A stretch of 64,000 nucleotides of DNA from the NCBI RefSeq assembly GCF_036365525.1, contig NC_090394.1, positions 70,528,741 to 70,592,740 on the forward strand, written 5' to 3'. The notes below the pieces were generated by a model, which was given only the letters and a program-made list of their open reading frames with translations, was not told where the DNA came from and ran no database searches. Origin of the DNA: Heterodontus francisci. Lineage: Eukaryota. Positions 51,076-61,389 of this stretch are shown here, piece after piece (positions within the stretch are counted from its first letter, which is position 1; each line of letters begins with the position of its first letter). The position numbers and the translations under genes are program-made.

Positions 51076-51399
51076 ATGAGGCTAAATGAACAAGAGGAGA
51101 AATTGAGGCACGTTTTGGAAGCATTTATATGGCACCTTTCACAACCTCAGGAAATCCCAAAGTGTTTTACAACCAATGAAATACTTTGAAGTGTAGTCAG
51201 TGTTGTAATATAAGACAATTTTCATCTGTCCTATCAACAGCAATGTGATAAAGACCAGATAATTTTTTTTAGTGGCATTAGTTGAGGGCTAAATTTAGAC
51301 CGGGACACCAGGGACACCTTCCCTGCTCTTCATCAAATAGTGAAATGGGATCTTTTACATCCACCTGAGAGGGAAGACAGGGCTTCAGATTAACATCTC

Positions 51400-52751
51400 T
51401 GTTATGGACAGGTGGGAAATGGTGTGGGTGGCCTCCACTTTTCATCTCTCAACTGACTGTGGATAGTGTTCTTAAAAATAGTGTTTTAGTTTCTGTGAGT
51501 GTTTAAGGGTCAAATAAACAGACAAATGACAGGCTTTCTCATGGGAAAAAAAAGAAAGATACCTATTTATTCAAACAAAACCCAAAAATGTTCGCAAACT
51601 CACCCAGTCACACATTCACACACATGCACACACACAAGAAAGGATAAAGAGTAGAGGGTAGCATGCAATTAGAGTCCGATTGTTGTAAAGAGAGTTCACT
51701 TTGAAACCTTTTGATTTTCCAGGAGGAATTTTTAACAGCGTTGCAGGCCTGAATGTTCCTTGTCTTAGAATTGATGAAGTGTGGCAGACTCCTTTGGTGA
51801 AAACTCAATCCAAAGTTGGTGGTGGAAGTCCTGGTTTAATTTCTCAGATGGGGAGTGCTGCTCTGTAGATTAAAGATGGTGCTGACGGGACTCTTTGCTT
51901 AGCTGGATGGATCTTGCAGCTTCTCTGTCTGGAATGGCTTTCTGTCTTCCTCTCTCTGAGAAGTTACTTCTTTTAAGGTAAAAACTTATCCCTTAAAACT
52001 TTTCCCTTCCTAACGGCACTGTGGGAGTACCTACACCCCAATGACTGCAGCGGTTCAAGAAGGCAGCTCACCACCATCTTCTCTAGAGCAATTAGGGATG
52101 GGCAATAAATGCTGTCTTAACCAGCATTGCCCACATCTCTCAAACGAATAAAAAAAAAGTTTTGGTTTCAGTCAGATGACTCAAGATGCTGTACCCTGGG
52201 TTAATCATGCAATGTTCTCAGATGTGGGGACCATTGTTACATAATGGCATCAGAATGTGGTCCATTTTGATAAATAGGTGTTATTTCACACCTATTGGGC
52301 TGAATTTTAATTGTGTGCCGTGCTCTGCGGCGGGCCCTTCTCAATAACCCAGGTAGCGGTGGGCCTCTCCCCGCAGAATTTTACTGGCCACTGCACCGCG
52401 ACCTGTGGCATCAAGGGATCAGTAAAATTCAGCCCATTATCTTGGCCTTGGCTTCGGAGTCAGTCTGTCTGCAAAAGCCTTTGCTAGCCCTATTTTTGAT
52501 GATAGGAGTCGTTAGCATGAAGTGGGCTCTTTTACATGACAATGTGCCTTCTCAGGTGTTAGTAATGATCCCGTTTTCAACAGACAAACATATTGATGGC
52601 AGTACAGGAGGGGATCACCCGACCTCTCCCTCCAAGTTGCCGGGTAGCAAAGTGTCCATTTTCCTGTGGCTTAGTTCAACAGTTTACTTTTATTTTGTAA
52701 ATTCCCCAGTTCATTTTTTATTTCATCGCTGTTCCCTCCATGAGTGTGACA
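51400..52751 (-). mobile_element. Probable solo LTR (TG...CA, 4-bp TSD TCTC)
   Basis: Starts TGTTA, ends TGACA; TCTC at 51396-51399 and 52752-52755; AATAAA on minus at ~51566; contains a LINE-B tail (~52003-52158) and a MITE. Confidence 0.7.
52297..52435. mobile_element. 139-bp MITE, 13-bp perfect TIR, 3-bp TSD ATT (PIF/Harbinger-like)
   Basis: ATT|GGGCTGAATTTTA ... TAAAATTCAGCCC|ATT. Confidence 0.8.
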
Positions 52752-53939
52752 TCTCATTTAAAAGATGACAGCTCCACCAGTGCAGCATTCCCTCAGTTCT
52801 TCACTAGGAGTGTCAGGCTAGCTTTTGTGCTCAATTCTCTAGAGTGGAACTTGAGTCCACAGCCTTCTAACTCCGAGGTGAGAGTGCAACCCACTGAGCC
52901 ATGGCTGACATCAATTGTCAATTTTGTACAGTTTTTCACAGCCATTTTAAGGCACACAAGAAATAATACAGGCAAAGGCAGGGGCATAATAAAAATGAAA
53001 TGTTGTATAGACCACTGGTAAAGGAGGAAAGAATGAACTTTCTTGCATGCAGTAATTGAAAGAGAACTGAGCACATTACCATTAACCCTCTGGCTGTATT
53101 CCAGAAATGACATTGTGTATATATAATACAGGGAAGGTTTAATTCTTGGCAATTTGTCCCTTTTTCCCTTCCACTTTCAAAATCTTTGGATGAAACTCAT
53201 GGAAATGGATTTTTAAAAATGACCTAATTTTTGGCATACACTGTACCTCATATTTTTTGTGACTTCACCGCCAGTGCCTCACCTATTGGCTCTCATTTTC
53301 AATAAAAAAGAACGCAATATAATTTATATCTCGAGCATGAAGCAGACATCAATATTCATCAAAGTTCAGAAGTCAGCCAGAACATAAAAGACGTCGGGAA
53401 TTCAACAGTGCAGACTCCGTACAATGCCCCCTCTGAGGGCAATTCGTAGTCTGGGATATTGTTGCAGGTGTTTGCTAATGGAGGCCAGTTTGTAAGCTTT
53501 GTACCAGATGTAGTAATGCAGTGCAGTTGGAACCAGGGAAGTATCTTTCAGCTACTTTATTTCAAGGAAGAATTAGATATGTCAACACCGAATGGCATTT
53601 GAGTGCCATAATGCGGGTCGGAGGGATAAACAGAGCATGGACTCGTGGCAGAAGGGTCACAAGTGTGTTTCTGCATTAAAGGGACTTGGAGAAAATGTTT
53701 GCTGAATCCTCTTTTGTTTGTATGCCGTGCATTAAAACAGGTCAACATCATTTGCATTAGGACCGAGCCACAAAACCATGATCAATTTAGTTATATGTAC
53801 CAACATCCTATGGAGAATGATATGCAACTCCAAGCCCCCTTAAGCCCTGTCCATTCCTAATCTTGCATCATTTCATTTCTCCATTTTACAACAGTCCTTG
53901 ATGGTACCGGCACCACTTTTGTACCAATGATGTAAAAAA

Positions 53940-54340
53940 GACTTGCATTTATACAGCGCCTTTCAGTTCATCAGGACATCTCAAAGCACTTTACAGCCAA
54001 TGAAATGTAGCTACTGTGGTAATGTAGGGAAACATGACTGCCAATTTGTGCACAGCAAGGTTCCACAAAGAACAATGAGATAATTACTAGATAATGTGTT
54101 TTTAGTTATGTTGGTTGAGCAATAAATATTGGCCTTGCTCTTCTTCAAATAGTGCTATGGGATCTTTTACATCCACCTTAGAGGACAGACAGGGCCTCAG
54201 TTTGACATCTCATTCAAAAGCTAGCACCTCAGCTAGTGTAGCACTCCCTCAGTACTGGGCATATCATCCCAGATTAGGTGATCAAGTCTCTGGACCTTCT
54301 GCTAGAGAGGTGCAAGTGCTACCCACTGAGCTACAGCTAA
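53940..54340 (-). mobile_element. Deu-SINE
   Basis: Homologous to the 10440 copy. Confidence 0.75.
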
Positions 54341-54736
54341 TATCCTACTTAGTGTTGTCTTTTATCAGATACCTTCGTGGTAGTCCTGCAGTTAGCCTCA
54401 GCACTCCACAGCTAAGAGAGGGTGAGTGAATCATGTGCAACTGTGGTGACTGTGACATCTCAGGCTGAAATGAATCACACTTAAATTACTGCTTTAACTT
54501 TTACAAAGATTTAACAAGTGTTTTATTAAGGACTTCTGTAGAGATCTGTTCACTGTTCTCACTACAGCACCATAAACTTATCTGACCTTACACAACCTCC
54601 AGGTCAGGTGTTTTCCCCAAAGCACAAAGCTACTTTCAGTTTCCCTTCCAAGTACCATATATTCTCTAATACTCAAGCCCCCACATACAATCATGATAGT
54701 GAGGAAAGAGGAATTTTTTTTTTAAAATGATTAAAA

Positions 54737-56025
54737 CTCATTTCCCGGCGGAGCAGCAGGAGAAGGTAGCGACTCTTCGGTGGGTGAGTGAAGGCATCAG
54801 GAGCTGTGTTTTAAAAGTAAGTACTTACTGTTTTACTTACTGTTTTCCTTGTCTTTGAGTTTCTTTTGGCGCCGGAGGAACCGGAAGCTGGTCGGCAGCG
54901 AGGACTCCTGGGTAGGTATTTTCCTTAAAGGTGCGGAGCTCCGTGGACTCGGCCTCATTTCCCGGCGGAGCAGCAGGAGAAGGTAGCGACTCTTCGGTGG
55001 GTGAGTGAAGGCATCAGGAGCTGTGTTTTAAAAGTAAGTACTTACTGTTTTACTTACTGTTTTCCTTGTCTTTGAGTTTCTTTTGGCGCCGGAGGAACCG
55101 GAAGCTGGTCGGCAGCGAGGACTCCTGGGTAGGTATTTTCCTTAAAGGTGCGGAGCTCCGTGGACTCGGCCTCATTTCCCGGCGGAGCAGCAGGAGAAGG
55201 TAGCGACTCTTCGGTGGGTGAGTGAAGGCATCAGGAGCTGTGTTTTAAAAGTAAGTACTTACTGTTTTACTTACTGTTTTCCTTGTCTTTGAGTTTCTTT
55301 TGGCGCCGGAGGAACCGGAAGCTGGTCGGCAGCGAGGACTCCTGGGTAGGTATTTTCCTTAAAGGTGCGGAGCTCCGTGGACTCGGCCTCATTTCCCGGC
55401 GGAGCAGCAGGAGAAGGTAGCGACTCTTCGGTGGGTGAGTGAAGGCATCAGGAGCTGTGTTTTAAAAGTAAGTACTTACTGTTTTACTTACTGTTTTCCT
55501 TGTCTTTGAGTTTCTTTTGGCGCCGGAGGAACCGGAAGCTGGTCGGCAGCGAGGACTCCTGGGTAGGTATTTTCCTTAAAGGTGCGGAGCTCCGTGGACT
55601 CGGCCTCATTTCCCGGCGGAGCAGCAGGAGAAGGTAGCGACTCTTCGGTGGGTGAGTGAAGGCATCAGGAGCTGTGTTTTAAAAGTAAGTACTTACTGTT
55701 TTACTTACTGTTTTCCTTGTCTTTGAGTTTCTTTTGGCGCCGGAGGAACCGGAAGCTGGTCGGCAGCGAGGACTCCTGGGTAGGTATTTTCCTTAAAGGT
55801 GCGGAGCTCCGTGGACTCGGCCTCATTTCCCGGCGGAGCAGCAGGAGAAGGTAGCGACTCTTCGGTGGGTGAGTGAAGGCATCAGGAGCTGTGTTTTAAA
55901 AGTAAGTACTTACTGTTTTACTTACTGTTTTCCTTGTCTTTGAGTTTCTTTTGGCGCCGGAGGAACCGGAAGCTGGTCGGCAGCGAGGACTCCTGGGTAG
56001 GTATTTTCCTTAAAGGTGCGGAGCT
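54737..56025 (+). repeat. 217-bp monomer x ~5.9 (LINE 5' UTR, probable promoter)
   Basis: Units start at 54737, 54954, 55171, 55388, 55605 and 55822; no differences seen by eye; CpG-rich. Confidence 0.97.
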
Positions 56026-56202
56026 GAGTAAACCCGAGCCACTACACATGTAGTGTCTCCCACCCATCCTCCTCCTCTAACCTAATAATAAGACCCTTTT
56101 TACCCTCCTCCTCTAACCAAAAAGGACTGAGCAGGTAAGCTATTTACTGTTTTTGTTAATATCTATAGTTGTACTTAACTAAGGGGTAATTGAATAAAAG
56201 AA

Positions 56203-57120
56203 ATGGCAGCCAGTGTAGTGTATTGCTCCTCCTGCAGAATGTTCGAGGTGAGGGAAACCTCCGGTGGCCCTGCCGACTTCACCTGCTGGAAGTGCATCCG
56301 TCTCCAGCTCCTATCAGACCGTGTTAGGGAATTGGAGCTGGAGCTGGATGAACTGAGGATCATTCGGGAAGCTGAGGGGTTGATAGATAGAAGCTACACG
56401 GAGGTCGTTACTCCACAAATCAAAGACAGCTGGGTAACAGTTAGAGGTGGGAAGAGGTCAGTGCAGGGATCTCCTGTGGTCGTTCCCCTCAACAAGTATA
56501 CAGTTTTAGATACTGTTGGGGGGGACGGCCTATCGGGGGCAGGCTGCAGTGACCGGGCCTCTGGCACGGGGTCCTGCACTGTGGCTCAGAAGGGAAGGAG
56601 GGAGAATGGGAGAGCACTAGTCATCGGGGACTCGATGGTGAGGAGTACGGACAGGCGGTTCTGTGGGCGCAGGCGAGTCGCACGGATGGTTTGTTGCCTC
56701 CCTGGTGCCAGGGTCCGTGATGTTTGTGATCGCGTCTTCAGGATCCTTAAAGGGGAGGGGGAGCAGCCAGAGGTCGTGGTGCACATTGGCACCAACGACG
56801 TAGGAAGGAAGGGTGGCACAGATGTTAGAAGTGAGTTTAGGGAGTTAGGCTGGAAGCTGAAAGCTCGGACGGACAGAGTTGTTATCTCTGGTTTGTTGCC
56901 GGCGCCACGTGATAGTGAGGCTAGGAATAGGGAGAGAGCACAGCTGAACACGTGGCTGCAGGAATGGTGTAGGAGGGAGGGCTTCCAGTTCTTGGATAAT
57001 TGGACTGCCTTCTGGGGAAGATGGGACCTGTTCAAACAGGACGGGCTGCATCTGAACCAGAGGGGCACCAATATCCTGGGAGGGAGGTTTGCTAGTACTG
57101 TTCGGGAGGGTTTAAACTAG
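56203..57120 (+). CDS. CR1 ORF1p: Cys-rich zinc finger + coiled coil + SGNH/GDSL esterase domain
   Basis: CSSC...CWKC, LQLLSDRVRELELELDEL, VIGDSMV (block I), VHIGTND (block III), DGLHLN (block V). Confidence 0.93.
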   Translation: MAASVVYCSSCRMFEVRETSGGPADFTCWKCIRLQLLSDRVRELELELDELRIIREAEGLIDRSYTEVVTPQIKDSWVTVRGGKRSVQGSPVVVPLNKYTVLDTVGGDGLSGAGCSDRASGTGSCTVAQKGRRENGRALVIGDSMVRSTDRRFCGRRRVARMVCCLPGARVRDVCDRVFRILKGEGEQPEVVVHIGTNDVGRKGGTDVRSEFRELGWKLKARTDRVVISGLLPAPRDSEARNRERAQLNTWLQEWCRREGFQFLDNWTAFWGRWDLFKQDGLHLNQRGTNILGGRFASTVREGLN

Positions 57121-60011
57121 TTTGGGAGGGGGATGGGAACCGGACTTGTAATCCAGGGACCAGTGGGTCCACTCAGAAAGACAAAGAGTGTAGTGAGGTA
57201 TTGGGGAAGGTAGCACTGTCACAGAGGACAGATGGGCACGGAGAAGGGTTAAAGTGCGTATACTTCAACGCAAGAAGCATCAGGAATAAGGTGAGTGAAT
57301 TGAAGGCGTGGATGGGCACTTGGGACTACGATGTTGTGGCCATCACTGAAACGTGGATAGGTGAGGGGGAGGAATGGTTTTTGGAGGTACCTGGTTATAG
57401 ATGTTTTCATAAGATTAGGAATGGTGGTAAAAGAGGTGGGGGGGTGGCATTGTTAGTTAGAAATAGTGTAACAACTGCTGAAAGAATTTTCGAGGAGGAT
57501 CTGCCGACTGAGGCACTGTGGGTTGAGGTCAGGAACAGGAAAGGAGCAGTCACCTTGATGGGAGTTTTCTATAGGCCCCCCAATAGCAGCAGGGAGGTGG
57601 AAGAGCAGATTGGGAAACAGATTTTGGAAAGGAGCAGAAGTCACAGGGTAGTAATTATGGGGGATTTCAACTTCCCAAATATTGATTGGCAACTCTTTAG
57701 ATCGAATAGTTTGGATGGGGTAGTGTTTGTGCAGTATGTCCAGGAAGCTTTTCTGACTCAGTATGTAGACTGCCCGACCAGAGGGGAGGCAATATTGGAT
57801 TTGGTACTAGGTAATGAACCAGGGCAAGTGATAGAGCTGTTGGTGGGCGAGCACTTTGGAGATAGTGATCACAATTCTGTAGCATTCACTGTGGTAATGG
57901 AGAGGGATAGGTATGTGCAACAGGGCAAGGTTTACAATTGGGGGAAGGGTAGATATGATGCTGTCAGGCAGGAACTGAGGAGCATAAGTTGGGAGCATAT
58001 GCTGGCAGGGAAGGGCACGGTCGAAATGTGGAACTTTTTCAAGGAGCAGATAGTAGGGGCCATTGATAAGCATGTCCCTGTCAGACAGGGAAGGGATGGT
58101 CATGTGAGGGAACCGTGGTTGACAAGAGAGGTTGAGAGTCTTGTTAGGAAGAAGAAGGATGCGTATATAAAGTTGAGGAAAAAGGGCACAGGCATAGCTC
58201 TGGAGGGATACAAGATGGCCAGGAAGGATCTGAGGAAAGGGATTAGGAGAGCTAAGAGAGGGCATGAAAAATGCTTGGCGGGTAGGATAAAAGAAAACCC
58301 CAAGGCCTTTTACGCGTATGTCAGAAATATGAGGATGACTAGGGGGACCATAGGTCCGGTCAAGGACAATAGCGGGAGACTGTGTGTTGAGCCGGAAGAG
58401 ATAAGTGAGGTTTTGAATGAGTACTTCTCTTCGGTATTTACGAATGAGAAGGGGTGTATTACTGAAGAGGACGGTGTGAAACAGACTGGTAAGCTCGAGG
58501 AAGTGCTCGTTAGGAGGGAAGATGTGTTGGGGTTTTTGAATAACTTGAAGATAGACAAGTCTCCCGGGCCTGACGGGGTATATCCAAGGATGTTATGGGA
58601 AGCAAGGGATGAAATTGCAGAGCCGCTGGCAATGATCTTTTCATCTTCTCTGCTGACGGGGGTGGTACCAGGTGATTGGAGGGTGGCAAATGTTGTGCCC
58701 CTGTTCAAGAAAGGGAATAGGAACAACCCTGGGAATTACAGGCCAGTTAGTCTTACTTCGGTGGTAGGCAAGTTGATGGAAAAGGTGCTGAGGGATAGGA
58801 TTTCTGAGCATCTGGAAAGACACTGCTTGATTCGGGACAGTCAGCACGGTTTTGTGAGGGGTAGGTCTTGCCTCACAAGCCTGATTGAATTCTTTGAGCA
58901 GGTGACCAAGCAAGTGGATGAGGGTAAACCAGTGGATGTGGTGTACATGGATTTTAGTAAGGCATTTGATAAGGTCCCCCATGGTAGACTTATGGAGAAA
59001 GTCAGGAGGCATGGGATAGTGGGGAATGTGGCCAGTTGGATTAAGAATTGGCTAACTGATAGAAGGCAGAGAGTGGTCTTAGATGGTAAATACTCAGCCT
59101 GGAGCCCAGTTACCAGTGGCGTGCCGCAGGGATCAGTTCTGGGTCCTCTCCTGTTTGTGATTTTTATTAACGACTTGGATGAGGAAGTCGAAGGGTGGGT
59201 CAGTAAATTTGCAGATGATACAAAGGTTGGTGGAGTTGTGGATACCGAGGAGGGCTATTGTCGTCTGCAAAGGGACTTGGATAGGTTGCAGTGCTGGGCT
59301 GAAAAGTGGCAGATGGAGTTTAACCCTGAAAAGTGTGAGGTCGTCCATTTTGGAAGGACAAACATGAATGCAAAATACTGGGTTAACGGTAGGGTTCTTG
59401 GGCATGTGGAGGAGCAGAGAGACCTTGGGGTCTATGTGCATAGATCATTGAAAGTTGCAACTCAAGTGGATAGGGCTGTGAAGAAGGCATATGGGGTGTT
59501 AGCGTTCATTAGCAGAGGGATTGAATTTAAGAGCCGTGAGGTGATGATGCAGCTGTACAGGACCTTGGTAAGGCCTCATTTGGAGTACTGTGTGCAGTTC
59601 TGGTCGCCTCATTTTAGGAAGGATGTGGAAGCCTTGGAGAGGGTGCAGAGGAGATTTACCAGGATGTTGCCTGGAATGGAGAATAAGTCTTACGAGGAAA
59701 GGCTGAACATTCTAGGCCTCTTCTCATTAGAAAGGAGAAGGATGAGGGGTGACATGATAGAGGTTTATAAGATGATCAGGGGAATAGATAGGGTAGACAG
59801 TCAGAAACTTTTTCCCCGGGTGGAGCAAAGCGTTACAAGGGGTCATAAATTTAAGGTGAAGGGTGGGAGATATAAGGGGGATGTCAGGGGAAGGTTCTTT
59901 ACCCAGAGAGTGGTCGAGGCATGGAATGCCTTGCCCGGGGAAGTTGTTGAGTCAGAAACTTTAGGGACTTTCAAAAGGCTTTTGGATAGGTATATGGATA
60001 AAGGAGAATGA
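57111..60011 (+). CDS. CR1 ORF2p: APE endonuclease + reverse transcriptase (frame open from the slippery site; first AUG 57312)
   Basis: YFNARS, ITETW, MGDFN, LDLVL, SDH; KSPGPDG, YRPVSL, QHGF, DFSKAFD, PQGSVLGP, FADD; no stops from 57096 to 60008. Confidence 0.93.
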   Translation, partial: FKLVWEGDGNRTCNPGTSGSTQKDKECSEVLGKVALSQRTDGHGEGLKCVYFNARSIRNKVSELKAWMGTWDYDVVAITETWIGEGEEWFLEVPGYRCFHKIRNGGKRGGGVALLVRNSVTTAERIFEEDLPTEALWVEVRNRKGAVTLMGVFYRPPNSSREVEEQIGKQILERSRSHRVVIMGDFNFPNIDWQLFRSNSLDGVVFVQYVQEAFLTQYVDCPTRGEAILDLVLGNEPGQVIELLVGEHFGDSDHNSVAFTVVMERDRYVQQGKVYNWGKGRYDAVRQELRSISWEHMLAGKGTVEMWNFFKEQIVGAIDKHVPVRQGRDGHVREPWLTREVESLVRKKKDAYIKLRKKGTGIALEGYKMARKDLRKGIRRAKRGHEKCLAGRIKENPKAFYAYVRNMRMTRGTIGPVKDNSGRLCVEPEEISEVLNEYFSSVFTNEKGCITEEDGVKQTGKLEEVLVRREDVLGFLNNLKIDKSPGPDGVYPRMLWEARDEIAEPLAMIFSSSLLTGVVPGDWRVANVVPLFKKGNRNNPGNYRPVSLTSVVGKLMEKVLRDRISEHLERHCLIRDSQHGFVRGRSCLTSLIEFFEQVTKQVDEGKPVDVVYMDFSKAFDKVPHGRLMEKVRRHGIVGNVASWIKNWLTDRRQRVVLDGKYSAWSPVTSGVPQGSVLGPLLFVIFINDLDEEVEGWVSKFADDTKVGGVVDTEEGYCRLQRDLDRLQCWAEKWQMEFNPEKCEVVHFGRTNMNAKYWVNGRVLGHVEEQRDLGVYVHRSLKVATQVDRAVKKAYGVLAFISRGIEFKSREVMMQLYRTLVRPHLEYCVQFWSPHFRKDVEALERVQRRFTRMLPGMENKSYEERLNILGLFSLERRRMRGDMIEVYKMIRGIDRVDSQKLFPRVEQSVTRGHKFKVKGGRYKGDVRGRFFTQRVVEAWNALPGEVVESETLGTFKRLLDRYMDKGE

Positions 60012-60419
60012 TGGGGTATAGATTAAATTGTCCTTGACAGAGGACAAAGGATCGGCACAACATTGTGGGCCGAAGGGCCTGTTCTGTGCTGTATGTTCTA
60101 TGTTCTATGTTCTATAAGTGAGGGACAATCATCAATAAAAACACACTGTTCATTGGACAAAATATGTTGGTAAAGCAAGTAGTGATGCAGGATACTTGTG
60201 TACCATGGCATGATAAGTAAGTGCAAACCTGTTGGATGTCAAAAAACAATGATGTTGGTTAGGCAGGAGCCAAGGCATTTACTTTGTAACCAGGCAACCT
60301 GACAAGCTTGAAAGAGATACAAAAGTCATCTGCTCCAGCACCACACTAAAGCAAACACACAACACAATGGATCTTCTTTCAGGTAAGTATTCACAAAGCA
60401 TGATGCCGAGTCACAAATA

Positions 60420-60473
60420 TTGGGAATGGGTGCCAGATGTTGGGAATGGGTGCCAGATGTTGGGAATGGGTGC
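60420..60473 (+). repeat. 20-bp tandem repeat x2.7
   Basis: TTGGGAATGGGTGCCAGATG repeated. Confidence 0.9.
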
Positions 60474-60519
60474 TTCTGAACTGGCTTAGTCTGTTCATCA
60501 GATCCACCAATTTTACAGC

Positions 60520-60815
60520 AGCAACAACTTGCATTTATATAGCACCTTTAAAAGGAGAACAATCACCCCTAAGTTGCTTCACAGAAGCGTTATCAGGCAA
60601 AGTTTGACACTGAGCCACATAAAGAAATATTGGGACAGGTGACCAAAAGCTTGATCAAAGTGTTAGGGTTTAAGGAGCATCTTAAGGAGGAGAGGGAAAT
60701 GGAGAGGTTTAGGGAGGGAATTCCAGTGCATAGGGCCTAAGTGGCTGGAGGCAAGGCCACCAATGGTGGAGCAATTTAAAATCGGGGACCTGCAAAAGGC
60801 CAGTATTAGAGGAGC
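60520..60815 (-). mobile_element. L2 3' fragment
   Basis: Reverse L2 tail. Confidence 0.7.
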
Positions 60816-61389
60816 CAGAATCTAATCTTTGTTTAAACTTTTTGCGGTACAGTCATTGAAGTTTATTCATAGCACCAATAGTGAGTGAATGGCTCAAAGA
60901 GTCCCACACAGGAAATGCTCCAAGCTAAAATTGGTTTGTTTTTGGCAAAAAAGGAAAAAGCTAGTAAAAAGGAAATGGTCAGAATTCTCATTTCTGCTGA
61001 CTTTCCAGTGAGTCTTGCTGGAAGATGCAGTTGCTTTGACACAATTGGACTTAACTGTGATGTACCTCATGGTTAAATAGCCTACTGACACTCAGCATCA
61101 CCTCTCCGCCAAGAAAGATGTTGATTTCAGGTTGACGGTCAAGCCAGTTGGGTCATGACTTGCTCTTGTGGTCTTTTCAGTACAGTCAGAAATGCCATAT
61201 TATTGTCTAATATTAGACTGTGACTGAAAATGGGAGTGTTCCAGTTCTGCTTTCTGAAAGAACTCAAAAATCTTTCCATAGTTGTTGGCTACAAATCATT
61301 GCTAAACCTGATTTTATCCTTCACTGTTTGTTGGACAAGATATTTTGGTAAAACAAGCAATGATGTAGGATGCTTGTGTACCATTGGTT

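Larger units (their letters stand above)
51120..52910 (-). mobile_element. Deu-SINE split by a solo LTR (SINE parts 51120-51399 and 52752-52910)
   Basis: TTAACATCTC|...|TCTCATTTAAAAGATGACAGC joins into the family consensus. Confidence 0.75.
54705..60116 (+). mobile_element. Full-length intact CR1-clade LINE (HER1-like); candidate TSD AGTGAGG
   Basis: 5' monomer array, intact ORF1 and ORF2, 3' tail GGGCCGAAGGGCCTGTTCTGTGCTG + (TATGTTC)3; AGTGAGG at 54698-54704 and 60117-60123. Confidence 0.95.

Noticed and set aside
54737-56025. CRISPR-like or satellite array
   Set aside because: Head-to-tail identical units with no unique spacers, eukaryotic context, contiguous with LINE ORF1.
56586-59441. 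Antisense ORFs within the LINEs
   Set aside because: Typical shadows of the sense ORFs; no independent motifs.
60365-60390. Isolated strong donor CAG|GTAAGT
   Set aside because: No upstream acceptor or LRR-coding frame could be supported.
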